Part shown: one piece after another, positions 52,791 through 64,000 of the stretch
Position numbering within the stretch: position 1 is the first letter of the stretch
How the letters are laid out: the number at the start of each line of letters is the position of its first letter
Assembly (NCBI GenBank): GCA_000182565.2
Contig: KQ257459.1
Source of the DNA: Spizellomyces punctatus DAOM BR117
Lineage: Eukaryota
Length of the DNA: 64,000 nucleotides
Reading direction: 5' to 3' (one strand)
The notes under the pieces: model-generated
Databases searched by the model: none
Told to the model about the DNA's origin: nothing
The model's input: the letters and a program-made list of their open reading frames with translations, nothing else
Made by a program: the position numbers and the translations under genes

Positions 52791-53221
52791 TCAACGTCGA
52801 CGCTCGCCAGGACTAAGGTTATACCACACCGCCAGTCCCTTGACGTGCGAAACAAAGTCAATGATAAGAGTCAGTAAGCGCGAAAATGCCACGAAAAGAT
52901 ACAGTCTGCACCCACCGCAATTAACATGCCACCTCCAATAATTCCGTAGGAAATCGAAAACATTCGCGCACTTTCTTGTCTGATATGTTTTCGAATGGCT
53001 TCCTTTTCTTCTTCCGACATGTTTGCCATTGGATCACGTTCCTTTGAATAGACCCACGTCTCGTCTACAAGAGGTTTTTCCTGGTCGGGTGGAATGGGCG
53101 GTGTCGTGGACTGACGCGGGCCTGTCTTTCCTGTCAGATCTGCGGGAGTGGCTAGGCGTCTGATAGGCAGACGTGTAAGTAGTGGAAGGCTGATACGAGT
53201 AGAACGGGCGAGAAGGGGCAT
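52791..53221 (-). CDS. Small putative mitochondrial single-pass membrane protein, 2 exons
   Basis: Arg/Leu/Ser-rich, acid-free presequence MPLLARSTRISLPLLTRLPIRRLAT. The predicted intron (GTGGGT...AAG) gives the C-terminal TM SISYGIIGGGMLIAGLAVWYNLSPGERRR. Confidence 0.65.
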
Positions 53222-53575
53222 TGTTATGCTAGTAGGGTTGTCAGCGATGGAGAGGTGTTCATTTGCTTGCAGGATAGAACCGATCAGAGGAGCGACGAGT
53301 TGAGTCATCCGTCGTATCGGTTACGTCATCAGAATTGAAGTCGTTATGTCGATATGTCGTCTCAAGCTGTAGAGATTTTCAGGCAATAAGTTTCTACGCA
53401 TGTCTGTAACGTAAATAGAACAAATTGTGCTCTTCGTATCGGTTATACTGTGTTTTTTGTTCAAAAAGATACAGATACAGCAAAAGCGTGGTAGACATTT
53501 CAATAGACCGGAATGTACAATCCAAAAAGCAAAACTACCACTATACAGTCCCCCCCAAAAAAGTTTGCTTTCGAA

Positions 53576-54082
53576 CTAAATCACATCATCTGCTGATTTC
53601 CCCTCTAGCAGTGCCTTTTCCTCCTCTGCCCTTTCAATCTCAGGATCCTTTCCTTGATTGAAGAATTCTACAACGGGTTTCATGGCCTCTTGTCTCGCCA
53701 TTGTCTCATCAGCGAGCTGTCTCTGCTGTTCTCTCCGTAACTCGGCAGCAAGTTCATCACGCTTTTCCAATGCCTCGTGTGAAGGATGTTCGCCTGATTC
53801 TCGGGCAGCTGCATCTGCTGCTTGAATAATGTAGGAAGCAGCCTTGGAGATTGTTTCGGTTGCGGATTGATAGAGTTCGCGAGTTTCACGTCTGATTCGG
53901 TCAGAAGTCTCCCGGGCTGCGTTCATGGCTTCGATGGACTCTTCTTTTCCTTCGTTTGCGTAATGTGCGGCGGTTTCTGTTCCTGCGTGTTTGGCATCAG
54001 GAGAGGTCTCTAGGGCTTTTTTGGCATGGGCTGCCCAGGTATCTGTAGGCTTTGGTGTGGGATTTGATGGATCAGAAGCCAT
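53576..54082 (-). CDS. LEA/hydrophilin-like protein (168 aa, intronless)
   Basis: Ala/Glu/Lys/Arg-rich, helical, Cys-free single ORF with a good ATG context. Confidence 0.7.
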   Translation of the reverse strand: MASDPSNPTPKPTDTWAAHAKKALETSPDAKHAGTETAAHYANEGKEESIEAMNAARETSDRIRRETRELYQSATETISKAASYIIQAADAAARESGEHPSHEALEKRDELAAELRREQQRQLADETMARQEAMKPVVEFFNQGKDPEIERAEEEKALLEGKSADDVI

Positions 54083-54188
54083 TGTAAAGGTATCTTGAGT
54101 CGTCGTCGTTTTGTAGGTGTGTGTGTATGGTTTGGACGAAGAGAAATGGAGATTAAGACTTTTCGCTTTTTAAGAGTCCTCGTCCCTT

Positions 54189-54198
54189 GTGACGTCAC
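54189..54198. promoter_or_regulatory. CRE palindrome GTGACGTCAC upstream of the LEA-like gene
   Basis: Perfect 10-bp palindrome about 107 bp upstream of ATG 54082. Confidence 0.4.
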
Positions 54199-54396
54199 CA
54201 GACAACAACTCGATCCCTCGGCGATCTGACCCTGCAAATGACCCATCATCCAAGGATTTTGTTTATACGCTTCCAAGTAGATGAATTCTATTTCTTTGTG
54301 TGAAATATCAAATAATGATACGAGAATGATTCTATATACAATACACTATGTAAACAACTATGCAAGAAACATAAACACATAAAAGTGACTACGAAA

Positions 54397-55971
54397 TTAA
54401 TTCTTTTTGCTGGTATCCGCAGAGTTGGAAGTCTGCCCTTCCACCTCATCTGTCGGGGATGCCTCCTGAGTCAATAGCGTCAACTCATCTGTAGGATCCT
54501 TCAGAGGCACTTGTGATGCATTTTCGGCCTCCCAATCCTCCAACTCTTGTCGTTCACCAGCCAACATGGTTATCAGATCTATCTGTTCGTCTTGTTCTTC
54601 TATAAGCATCGTCTTTAAGTCAATTCTTTCGTCCCGAGTATCAAACTTTTCATCTGCTTCTGGGTCTATGTATGCGGGGGCGGACCAACTCCGGGAAACG
54701 CCCGCGAGAGTGCATGGAATGTTGGCATTGCCTTGACTTGCCCCACTGGTTCGGCCCTTCATTCCACTCGTGCCGTTCCATACAGGAACACTCACCGAGA
54801 CATACTCGTCTCTTCTCTCCTCCAAACCGGTCATCACCCCCAGCATATCTCCGACATCCCACCCTGCAGCCATTGTCTGTTGCAACTGTCGGCGAGCTCG
54901 TCTTCGAGCTAGTGGTCGAGCGATAAACTCTGGGATAAAGTCTTCGTAGAGCAAATACACAATTCCGTTGATGATCCCCCCAATGTGGAAAAAGATGTAT
55001 GGGAATACGTAATAAATAGGAGGTACTCGTGCAGGTCCTTGTCCAAGCAGCGGGGTATATAGTGGCACCCCACTAATCCACTAATTCATAGCAAGGACAG
55101 GCAAAAGTATTTAGTTTCTGCAAAGGATTCGCAGTCATCTTGGGGGAGCACTTGAACTCACCTTGACAGAGTAGACCAATACATAGACTGTGATTTTACT
55201 GGCCGCTTTATTGACATCAGAATGAGCGAAAACAAGCTTCCCACCCTGAACAGTAATTGCAAGCACCCGTTCCAGATCACGACTTGTTCTCCAAATTTTG
55301 ACCAGGACAGGCGTTGAAAACGCCACGACCGAAGCTATACTGCATAGCAGCAGGGTGACTGCCGCAATTGCGATATTTCGAGAGTGTTCACCTTGGGTCG
55401 TGTCAATAAAACAGCTTTATAAAAGATCAGCCAAAGTCCCTCTTTCCATAACATGATCGTAAGGGCAAGACACGTACGAAAACTCTCCCAAGGGACCGAA
55501 CCAATTCGTCTCCCAGCAAATAACAAGGAGAGTGAGGCATATTCCATTCGCTGGAATGAGGAGGCCCCAGTCGTACTTTCCCCAGCTCACTTCCCACTGC
55601 CGACACACACGAGCATAGGTAAAGGCAGAGAGAAACGAGGACAGAAGGTACTCGACCGCAGCAAAGTAGCCCGTAAAAGCACCCATGGCTCGACAAGTTG
55701 TTCCCGTAAACAGTCGCTGTTTGATAATTTGATACAATGCTGTCGTTCCAAAGCTTGTCAACATGAGAAACTCTCCTATTACAATATACACTGGTATTCT
55801 CTGTGATAGTGACAGTGCTTTTTTCTCCTTGAAGACGAGAACATAGGACCGGTAAAAGACGAGTGAAATGACAATGAGGTGTATTGGGGCGAGAACAAGG
55901 AACGAGAGGTTCACGAGGAGGTAGTTGTCAAGGTAAAACTGTCGTGCAGCATCATCGTCTGAAGACGACAT
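54397..55971 (-). CDS. 7-TM GPCR-like receptor (Git3/cAMP-receptor-like)
   Basis: Successive hydrophobic helices; LSQRIPVY, TCRAMG (TM3 Cys), TYARVC, WGKYDWGLL, VNKAASKITVYVLV, GGIINGIVY; acidic C-tail. Confidence 0.8.
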
Positions 55972-56217
55972 GATGACTTGCTGGGAGCGATGAACAATGG
56001 GCAATCATGCAAAAACCAACGACAATGTCACCAGCCATAGAATCCCAGTTCGTGTGTGCCAAAGCGGCACAAAAACAAGTCCAAGAAAGCAAATAAAAAA
56101 ATTGTCTTTTATTATTAAACAAGTTGAGTGAAACCATCGAATAGCGCGGCTTCACACTTTTACCATTAAAGATATTTAATAAGAACTTGGTTTTAATGAT
56201 CTTTTTGTTGATTAAAG

Positions 56218-58307
56218 ATGTCGCCCAACACAACAACAACGACGACGAGGACGAGCTTGTCGGAATTCCAAAGCTCATATCCCCCCATCCAAATTCCTTG
56301 CACCGATTTATATAGTTTTATTTTTGGCCAACTTTCAAGGTGTTCATCCAATGTACCAGCTCTCATCGATGCTGCGACGGATGAACAAGTGAGCTATTCA
56401 GAGCTTCATGCTCGCATAAATCGTCTTGCTGCCGGCTTGAGCGCCCATTGGGGCATCAAAAAGGGCAATGTCGTCGCGATCTACGGTAACGATTAAAAAA
56501 AGAAGGATGAGGCTTATGATGAAAAGACCTGATATATTTTCAAATTTTGGCCCTTAGCCCCAAATACCATTGATTTTGTCATTTCCGTTTACGCCATTGT
56601 TCGACTCGGCGCAACAGTCACCACTGCCAATGCTGCCTACACGTAAGTGCTACTTGCTACATCTAAAGCTCAAGTTGTGCTAACGGGGATTGTCGGCAGA
56701 TCCAAAGAACTCGTATACCAACTACGGGATGCCAACGCAGTCGCCATCCTCACCGTTCCCTCCGCGTTAAATGTCGCTCGGGAATCCGCGTTATCTGCCG
56801 GTATCAGTACAAGCCGGATAGCAGTCATGGGCTCTCGAGCATCAAGTGATGCACCTCACATACGAGATCTCATGGTGGATCTCGAACCTCCCAAGATTGT
56901 CTTTACTCTAGACGAATTGGCACAACATCCTGCCTTCCTCTGCTACAGCTCTGGTACAACTGGGAGATCAAAAGGAGTGATACTAACTCACAGAAACATA
57001 ACAGCAAACGTTGCCCAGAACGCGGCGGTAAAAGTCACGGATTACACCCAATGTCGGGTGTGGTCCGCCATCCTACCATTCTATCATGTTTACGGACTCG
57101 TGTCGATCATGGCCGTTGCGTTGTACCAACGCTGTACGCTCGTTATCATGGAAAAATTTGAGTTCAAAGCCTTTCTCGAGATGGTGCAAAAGTATAAAGT
57201 GCAAGGATTGCAAGTTGCGCCTCCAATCGTCGTCCAGATATTGAACGTAAGAACATCAAATGGCTGGGCTTGCATACTACCGCGATTAACCGTTCCTTCC
57301 TTCTCAAGAACCCACTAGCCAAACAGTATGACCTTTCGTCCATCAAAGCAATGCACTCCGCAGCGGCACCTCTCAGTAAAGACATTGAAGACGCAGTAAG
57401 CGAAAGATTTGGGTTGCCAATAAAACAAGGGTTTGGCATGACAGGTATGCTACATGGGTTTAGCAGAGTATTGCTGTACCGATGGAGTACTTACTGTCTC
57501 TTTAGAATCCGGACCAAGCTCTCACTCAAATCCCAATCACAAGATAAAGTCAGGATCAATCGGCATTCTGTACCCGAACATGGAGGTGCGTTTGATAATT
57601 TGATTGTAAGATTGTTTCGGCCTTCACGGACTGGCAACATTTAGGCCAAGATTATACATGTCGAAACCGGACAGACTGTGCCAATTGGGGAGGAAGGCGA
57701 AATGTGCCTTCGAGGCCCAAATATCATGAAAGGCTACCTCAACAATGCAGAAGCCACCAGAAATACTATTGATAGCGAGGGATGGTTGCACACAGGTAAC
57801 GATCCAACTCTTTGTTTATACTCGAAACACGTGTTTCTAACGATCCAGTGGGCTTCATGTATAGGCGACATTGCGCGCGCCGACACAGAAGGTTATTTCT
57901 ACATCGTCGACCGACTGAAAGAGTTGATCAAATACAAAGGCTTTCAAGTACCTCCGGCGGAACTCGAAGGAATCCTCCTAACACATCCCATGGTCCTCGA
58001 CGCTGCAGTCATTCCACGAAATGACGCACGTGCCGGAGAAGTTCCCCGAGCATATATTGTCCTGAGACCTGAGAGTTGCGTGAGCGAAACTGAGATTCGA
58101 GAATTCGTGGATGGGAAGGTCTCGGGACACAAGGTATGTCACCTTACTGCAACAATATACATGTATCGATAATACTGATTTGACAACACACAAAAGAAAC
58201 TCCGTGGGGGTGTTCGCTTCATTCCCGCAATTCCAAAATCGCCCTCTGGAAAGATTTTGAGACGAGTTTTAAGAGATATGGATAAAAGGGAAATGGCAAA
58301 ACTCTGA
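56218..58307 (+). CDS. Peroxisomal 4-coumarate-CoA-ligase-like acyl-CoA synthetase
   Basis: YSSGTTGRSKGV, LPFYHVYG, QGFGMTE, GWLHTGD, IVDRLKELIKYKGFQVPPAELE, IPKSPSGKILRR; C-terminal PTS1 AKL. Confidence 0.93.
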
Positions 58308-59323
58308 GAGGTTGAAATCAAAATATGGGGCGGGTTGCAATGGTGCTTGTAGAATGTTTGTTATTTAGTTGAGCAGCTTCTGGATAGAATGGATAAAACG
58401 CCCTGGTGGTAAAACTCCAAGAGGGACACCGAGCTCTCCCTGCTCAATCATTGCCCACACCGTCTTTTCTCCAAGGTCCAACATCAAGTATGCCAAACTT
58501 CATCAATGCATTCACAATCGTTATAACCCCCAAAACCTCATACGGATCCCCAGCTTCCGAGAGATACCGCGAATAGTAGTTAATACCAATCAACTGATTG
58601 TCAACTGATTGTCACAGCCGATATTTGCGGAAATAAAGTGACCTATACGGGTATACTGTAGATATGATACTCTGCTTAACGCATGTTGCTCTGACCAAAG
58701 TCAGCAACGTAAACCATTGACAAACTTGATTACAACTGATTGATTATCGAAAACCAGTTGTTCCAGCCAGCTTCCCAAATGCTATCCTCCCAATGTCGAT
58801 ACATAGGTTGACAATCATCGGAGTTTTTCCCTTGGGCGGAAGATCTCATCCAAAATACCGCTCGTCCAAAGATAAGATGCTATCATGATTGTGTCGGTCA
58901 GTTGATTTCTTCAATGAAAGATCAAAGTTGGATGATCCCAGGGATCAGTAATGGGCGCATCGCAACTAACAAGTAGCTGCATGCAAACAATGCCCCTTAT
59001 CTCAAATTCTATGGCGATGAAGGAGCGGCAATGATGTGTATAGGACGATATTGGGTGGTAGAAACAGTTTGCCAGCGTATGAGAGAATCAGGTAGGAAAC
59101 GTTCCGGGTAAGAGATGATCGGTGAGCATCTGATTAGTTTGTTCTGAAAGTCTCGTTCGATGGGCTGGCAAACACAGCTAGAACGGAATGCCACCTGAAG
59201 GAGATAGTTTTTTATCATCAGATTAGATAGAATGTGGGTTTTCAATTGTTGAGACTCTATTTTGCGTGCATTTATGCTAGGATAGGTTAACAAATGATGT
59301 GCATGACTAATTTGTGATTCTCT

Positions 59324-62300
59324 TTACATGCGAAGTTCACTAGAAAAGCGATCCAAGATAGAAATCGTGTGCGCGTAGAGTCTGCGTTATGGCCCAGGAG
59401 ATGAGTATTTGCAGTAGCGTCAGATGGAACACAGACTCTTACCGATTGAAGGCCATTTCGCTAACAGAAGCAGCACCAAAATCATCGTCATTGCTATCGC
59501 TTTCACTGTCCGAGTCGAGGACCATCACCTAGTCAAAGCATCATATGTGAGGCCAAAAGCTTGACTGCATAATGGTTTTCAATACTTGCATCCTCCTCGC
59601 GCTCTGGGACTCGTTGCCCGGATTTCTCAGTCTGTTCGCCAGACCCGAAAAGGACATGGAGATTTTCCTGGTCATTTGGTAAGCTGTTGAATCCGAGAAT
59701 CGAGATGCCATGGGCGGCGGCCATTGTTTCTTCCACAAAGAGGATACTAACAAAAGGTTGGGGATTGGAGCGTACGTAATGACTTCCAGGCAGAATGCCC
59801 CACCTGACAAGTCCATCATCGATGAGAGCAGTATCACGAAGACACAGCTTCAGGACGAATGGATATCAGCAATGGGCCGTATAAGAGATGTCAGAGTGGA
59901 GATACCTTGGCATGGCAGCATGCTAAGCGAATGAGAGTCTATCGTCAATGCGTAAAAAGGTCAGAAACATCTTTCCCTGTGTCGTCGATTTTTACCAATA
60001 GCATCATTCATCCATACCTCCATTTTAGCGAGCATAGAATCAGCTGCACTCGGGATGTTCCCAACAAGACGCCGAAGAGCGGAAAAATAAGAGCGTAGAA
60101 AGGTCTGACATTCCAGGGATAGCCTGCGCAGAGAGTAAATGTAGGGACAAGGTATTTGAACGCCAGATATTACGCTTTAAGGAACGTACTTGACTGTAAT
60201 GTTAGAAGCCGCATGGACAAACTAGGTAGAAGGATACAGAACATGTCAGCGAGAAGCATGACAATGGAGAGTATCAAGGTATACCTGCACAAAGTCTTCA
60301 TGGGACACATAGAACGGGTCGGCCGTCAGCTCATCGCCATGCTGCTGGTCGTTCAACTTCCGCATCTCTTGTGACAGAATGTGGCCGCTGATGATTTCAT
60401 CGTGTTTACTCTTGGTGGACGATTGGCACATGTTGAGAACAACGTCGAATTTGCTATACACTCGGAACGCATCAAAGAGTGCAGTGAGTTTGGATGTGGG
60501 CCGTATGTACGTTACCTTAGCAATGGCTTCACGGCCTCTTTCACCGTTTTCTGGATAGGGCGGTCAGAGCAACAACATATAATTCATTGCAAAGAACGTA
60601 GATGTCCACCTCCAAAGAAGTCTTTTCCTCTGGATCCCATCTTTTATTCTTGGCATTGTGAGTGCATGCTGATCCCCAGACACAGACATTTGCATGCAAC
60701 GGGACAATCTGTTCGCCGTGTGCCAATCCACGAAGGATAGGTGTGGCCACAGCTGATTGCATTGTCAGCTCTCATGGGTGTTCCGCTCGGCGTTAATGTG
60801 CAGTACGTACCTTCGCTCAGGCTCGCTACCTGCTTTCGGCTAAGCTTGTCTAATTCCACAAAAAGCACCCCGTCTCTGGCTTGTGTGAGCGGACTCGCTG
60901 AAAGGAAATAGGCTAGTATCAGCATGCCAGAGTTCGAGTAGGACAGTAAAAAGAAATAAGGTTCTGAATGCTCCCAGCAGACCTTGTATGCGCTGATGTT
61001 GTAGTTTTCCAGAGTCACTGATCTGTAGCAACGGATCATGTTTGGAATGTATTCCATGTGTCCAGATTTGGTTTCTATAAGCCTGATTGATGGATAATTC
61101 TACGGCACGTAGCTTAGGTGGTACTCCTTACCTACGCAAGCTTGCCGCCCGTAATATTAAGCGCAATAGGACTGGCGTGGTCAAGTCCACAGTGTACAGG
61201 AGATTAACGGATTGTCTCTGTGATCTAAGATCTGGCATAATATCCCCAGATGATGGTAACGATACGAGACTACAATGTCCTTGGTTCATCGTAGCAGCAG
61301 GAACCAATCGTTGCATTAACTCTTCACCTTAAAAGCATAGCAAGTTTCGCTTTCCTCCACATTGTCCGGGGCACGACATCATCTGTACCGTAATAAGAGA
61401 TTATTTGAAAATTGGATTAACAGGTTGGGAACTTACGACAGAAGCTGTCAACAAGCTTTTGTGAGAATGCATAAGGTGACAAGTTCGCTGCGATGTATAA
61501 TATTAGCCGTGCTCAAAGTTTGTCAGAACAATCATGTACGCAGCTACCTTGCTGCATTCGCAGAAAAACTTGTGGCAACAGATCGGTCCCGCGCCCGAAC
61601 ACATCGGGCTTTTGTGTGTTCAGAGTCCATGCCCTTCCAAGGTTCAAGTTGGCGGATAACGCAGGAGTCTAGTTCCCCATATGGTAAGTTAAACGTGTGC
61701 TGTAACGACCGCCATCAATGAACACATACCCAATTCAATTTGCGAGCATTATTAACCTGGATTCATGCCATCTTAGTTTGAACTCATCCTTACCGTGAAC
61801 GAAATACTAGTTAACTCACCCGAATCAGCATCCGATAGGTACTGACGAACCGAGTGCCAATGGTATAACCTTCAAAGGAAGTTGTTTACTAAAACATTCA
61901 TCCTCACTTTTGTTCTCTTATTACCAGGTTGGGCGTGCACACTGCCAATAAGCTCAATGTAGTCACCAACTTGGACAACATTGACAAGGTCATCTAGTGT
62001 TGTTCTCAGCACAGACTGTACTTGAGCGTAAGTCAGTTGATGATCCAAATACCTACCTTCCAAGTCGAATGTTACTTCTAACGGTGATATCAGTTTGGTG
62101 AGTGGTAATAATTAGGTAAAAGTAAATGCCATGGCATGCGTTACCGTTCGAGAAGCAACCGTCAGCGCATATGTTGAGCATTTGGCCCTTCTGCCGTACT
62201 TTGGGTTCGTCTTCGTTAGTGTGATCGAGGTTGACGTCAATATTTCAATAGTAGCGCATTCTACCTGTTGTTACTCGATCTGCAGCCATATCTAACATTA

Positions 62301-64000
62301 TATCTCCACAATGGCTACAGTTTAAATCGACGTCATGTACCGTTGCGCTGCATTTTCGATGAAACCATCATTCACTGTGGGCACCGCTCTTGTTTATTGT
62401 ACGTACAAACCTTGTCGTGGTATGCAAGCAGGTGCCGTCCTCCGCCCTTTTGACTACTCGATGCACTCGATTATTGATTGCAACATACCTTAAAAGCCCG
62501 ATGGGTAGTTCATGCAGACTAGGTCGAGTTCAAGACTACAACAATAGCTCACATAGTATTCCGATTTCTGCATTTGGGGTTAAGGCATCCATACGTCTGA
62601 CTGTATCTGGATAATCATTGAAGATGTTTGATGTTGTATCGGATCACGTCAAGCAACTTGTCGGACATACATGGTATGAAAGGGTAGGTGCAAGCATGAT
62701 ACAATGCCACGAATAGCGACAAGGTTTTGCTTTGTGACTTTGCAGAGTTCTCCGCGGCTGTGATTGAAGACCTCCCGTAAGTTGTAAAAGTGCAGCCTGT
62801 ATGGCAGCGTCAATGTAGCGAAACTGAAGATGAGAGCATAGTCCAGATGCATCTTACTCTGGAATCGCTGGCAAGTAGGCCAGACGGATGGCGGCTCGTA
62901 CGTGCTCTGGAAAGAGGGTGGATTGAGCGCGTGTCGCTTTTTCAATGTGCCAAAAGCAGGCTGGAGCTGTCATCAATGCCTTTGCGTCCGAACCATAGAA
63001 GCAAAGCTAATCGCCTACCACTGGCAAAATCTTCTTTGAGGTTCTCAGCCAAACCCCGTATTAATTCATTTCCAATATTCTCTGTGCGGGTAGGTGGAGA
63101 ACATTATAAGCTGAATCTTCGTTCAGCAGGTAAAAAGCCATGTCATTACCGTCGTAGTCCAACAACACTGCAGGATCAATGTGGAGGATTACGCAGTATC
63201 TCTCCTTTGTCGATGTTCGCTAGAGATAGTAGTTCAGCAGTGGTCATTTTGTCAACAGCTGAAAAACTAGTATTACCTGCGCCTTGACGCGCTGTGCGTC
63301 AAAGATTGCCTTCATAATATCTTTGATGTGATAGAGCTGGATATCTAAGAAAGCGTTGTGGTCAAGATCGGGAAGGACGAGTTGGGAATTTTTGCGAAGG
63401 GCAGTTTGTATTCTTACATTCAATTATTCGTTCTCTTGTTGACCGATTAGCTGAATCGGGCATGTATTCCTCCGCATACCCGTAATGCCGAGACATTGTA
63501 TTGTCAGATATCTTGACAGGTTCGGTCTCTGGAGCTGACACAGATTCCAGATCATCCGGGCCACTGATAAAGTTTTCGTCCTCAGGACCTCGAATCGGTG
63601 GACTGAATAGCGACGTTGCCAATTGTAATGAAGGACTCTTAGCAGGGCACGGAGTAGAAGATCTGCTGTCACTGACGCGAGATCCTGTGGACGATACAGG
63701 TGTACTACAGGAAGAGTTGAGGAAAACAGCCGGCCGAAATACTGGTGTGGGTGGTGCCTGGAGCTGAGAAGAGGAAGACCTGTAGCTATTATGTTCGGTA
63801 CATTGCTGCTGGGGTAGTGTCGGCTGCCTTGAAGATCCAGAACCTGGTTGTACTGGAAGATTTGGATTCTGAGCGTCCAAAGGAGGTTGTCCAACCATAA
63901 CCTCTTCTGGTGACTGCCTATACGACGCTGGAATAGAATGCTTGGCTGTTATTTTCCTGAAATTGGCCTTTCAGGTAGTTAGGTGAGCTAGCGTCGCCAA
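59324..64000 (-). CDS. MCMDC2: MCMDC2-like ATPase-dead MCM-family protein; 5' end probably off the right edge
   Basis: Spliced N-domain ILHIDPAVLLDYDENIGNEL...ACFWHI...IRLAYLP; OB-fold LVAIRGIV and LDDLVNVVQVGDYIELIG; degenerate Walker A (VNLLYTVDLTTPVLLRL) and Walker B (ARDGVLFVELDKL); SKFDVV; lid LRSYFSALRR...TLIRLACCHA; stop TAA 59326-59324. Confidence 0.8.

Noticed and set aside
54397-58307. GPCR plus acyl-CoA ligase as a secondary-metabolite cluster
   Set aside because: No PKS, NRPS or tailoring genes nearby; PTS1 points to ordinary peroxisomal acyl activation.
63362-63898. Stand-alone Pro/Ser-rich gene
   Set aside because: Splices in frame (GTAAGA...TAG) into the MCMDC2-like N-terminal domain.

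Overview
Gene-dense, intron-rich eukaryotic DNA (short ~55-80 nt GT-AG introns), most consistent with a zoosporic fungus (chytrid). Fungal-type genes (Tps1/TPP, Ubp2-like, Leu5-like, GH18, Rhizopus-type LDH) sit beside genes scarce in Dikarya (CDKL kinase, MCMDC2). I reconstructed about 25 spliced protein-coding genes by hand; boundaries are manual and no database searches were run. Highlights: (1) a secreted His-brace protein (22985-23965) whose motifs match oomycete AA17-type lytic polysaccharide monooxygenases rather than usual fungal LPMO families; (2) a giant secreted chitinase with 10 tandem LysM domains, a ~400-aa unknown middle region and an intact GH18 site; (3) a bacterial-style TM-dCache-TM-HAMP sensor with no output domain; (4) a fused TPS/TPP with both catalytic motif sets intact; (5) a bacterial-like NAD(P)-binding reductase; (6) an MCMDC2-like meiotic gene; (7) a spliced 85-aa gene missed by the ORF track. 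No rRNA, tRNA, CRISPR array or intact mobile element was recognised.
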